Part shown: positions 62,619 to 64,000 of the stretch, piece after piece
Position numbering within the stretch: the first letter of the stretch is position 1
Layout: each line of letters starts with the position of its first letter
NCBI GenBank assembly: GCA_963729625.1
Contig: CAVSOU010000015.1
Location: 38,375 to 102,374, forward strand
DNA length: 64,000 nucleotides
Reading direction: 5' to 3'
DNA from: an uncultured bacterium
GTDB lineage: Bacteria > Chloroflexota > UBA5177 > JANWHV01
Program-made: the position numbers and the translations under genes
Notes under the pieces: model-generated
The model's input: only the letters and a program-made list of their open reading frames with translations
What the model was told of the DNA's origin: nothing
The model's database searches: none

Positions 62619-62760
62619 GCGAAGCTGGTGTTCTTCGACGGCGATCGCGTCCGACCGATGCGGTGTCTTTGTGCTGTTGAGCGGGGACGCCGCCCTGGCG
62701 GGCGTGTGGCACGGGAACCGCGACACCGCAGCCGCGCACGTTTTCGCCCAGAATAGCGGG
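62619..62760 (+). pseudogene. Degenerate extra FG-GAP repeat downstream of the stop codon
   Basis: AKLVFFDG/DRCGVFVLLSGDAALAGVWHGNRDTAAAHVFAQ aligns to the blade consensus with a frameshift. Confidence 0.65.
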
Positions 62761-63210
62761 TGCTTGCCCCAGAAGGCCAGACTCCCGGTTGACGCACGTT
62801 TGCAATTCGACTCTTCCCGGCGCTGGCCGTCTGTGGCTGCCTTGCGCACGGGGCGACGCCAGGCGCTGCTCCCGTGCGCAGTGGTTGATGGCTGCGCGTC
62901 GACGGTTCAGCAACTGGAACGACGCGGGGTAGATCCAAAGTGCCGATCGCCCATGCCAGTGAGAGCCAGGGTGTGTACCTTTATGGCATCACCCTCGCAA
63001 GACTGGTACTGTGCGCGCGATTAGCGACACATCGGTTGCGGCCGGTGTCGTTTGAGCGCTAGTCCGATCAGCGTGTGCGCGGTTAGTCATCGATGCTATC
63101 CAGGAGATTGCGGGATGATCCACTTGCAGTGGATTCATCGGCTCGCGTACGTCCGGCGACCTCGTTTCGGACGCTGGATTCGTGGGAGTATTTGAAACGA
63201 ATGCACCACC

Positions 63211-63426
63211 ATGCAGACGACTGCGATCATACAGCCGCCCTTGTTCGTACGGCCCAGCCTCGAGAACTCCCGTTGGTATGGCAGCGCGCAGGCCAGCTTC
63301 CTGGCCACGACGGAGATGACGGGAGGGCGCTACTCGCTGCAACGTATGCGGCTGGGCAAGAGCCTTGCTCCGCCCGCGCCGCCCCGGCACGGGCCAGAGG
63401 ACGTCAGCCGGCAAGCACCTGGATAG
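63211..63426 (+). pseudogene. Truncated cupin (quercetinase-like) N-terminus
   Basis: SRWYG..ASFLATTEMTGGRYSL...PP.H..ED then breaks off. Confidence 0.55.
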
Positions 63427-63740
63427 GTACTCCATCGAACGGCAAGAGCGATCCCAGGATCGTGGTCCTAACCGGGAATTGCACGGTGACGGGCACAGCC
63501 GTCGATATCCAGGCTACTGCGGCCACGCCACAACAGGTGACGGTGCTCGAAGGTGCTGCTTGGGCGACCAATGCTCTCAACCCGTCCGCCGTTATTGCGA
63601 ACAAAGCCGGACTCTCGATCATGCCGGTTCCGCTGTTAGCGGGGGCGTGTGCCGCCTTGGGAGGCACAGTCAGCTTCAGCTACGTGTCAGCGGGGCAGGA
63701 GACAGCAGCTACTGCTCCGCCAACGCTCGGAGACGCCCGT
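63426..63740 (+). pseudogene. Possible FecR-like domain fragment
   Basis: TVTGTAVDI......VTVLEG resembles the FecR V.GT.F.V...V.V.EG motif; no start or signal peptide. Confidence 0.3.
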
Positions 63741-64000
63741 CGACAGTCTCGGCACACCACGCCAGCCCGCGATCCCGGCCCGAGCGTGCAGGTCGGCAAT
63801 GAGATGGGGCCGCGCGGCCGGCCCGGCGCCGGTGCGCTGGATGCGGGAGCGCTCGTCCATATTCAAGGTGACCATGGAAGTCAAGCGGTGTGGGTGTGTG
63901 CAGATCTGCGCCAACCCTGCCCTCCGAGTGCTTCAACTGCAGGACGTTCTCGAGGTCCGCTTGCGACTTGATGAGTCGCCTCCCATGGCCGGGGGTCCGC

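Overview
High-GC bacterial chromosomal window. Gene content (soluble-adenylyl-cyclase-like AC-AC-STAND-TPR protein, XRE-AAA-TPR regulator, YvcK-type membrane N-terminus) is most reminiscent of Chloroflexota; this is inference. At least nine long genes carry single-base frameshifts that look like long-read consensus errors. Ordinary metabolic and stress genes include ALDH16, a GH13_31 glucosidase, cydAB, yqhD, a GH151-like glycosidase, two aldo-keto reductases, osmC, chrA, moeB-mec, mscL, menG, an aminotransferase and a glyoxylate reductase. The most notable region is a ~15 kb cyclic-nucleotide island (14.4-29.8 kb). It holds two divergent stand-alone cNMP-binding proteins, a tandem-cyclase/STAND/TPR protein and an NTT-HEAT-cNMP transporter. 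These flank a ~1900 aa secreted gingipain(C25)-like protease-adhesin carrying 18 perfect PSGYL pentapeptides that vary only at synonymous positions. The window also contains many gene scars, several with 5' and 3' ends joined after an internal deletion, and a dispersed REP-like hairpin element showing covariation. No rRNA, tRNA, CRISPR array or intact transposase was seen. Family assignments come from motif recognition by eye, not from database searches.
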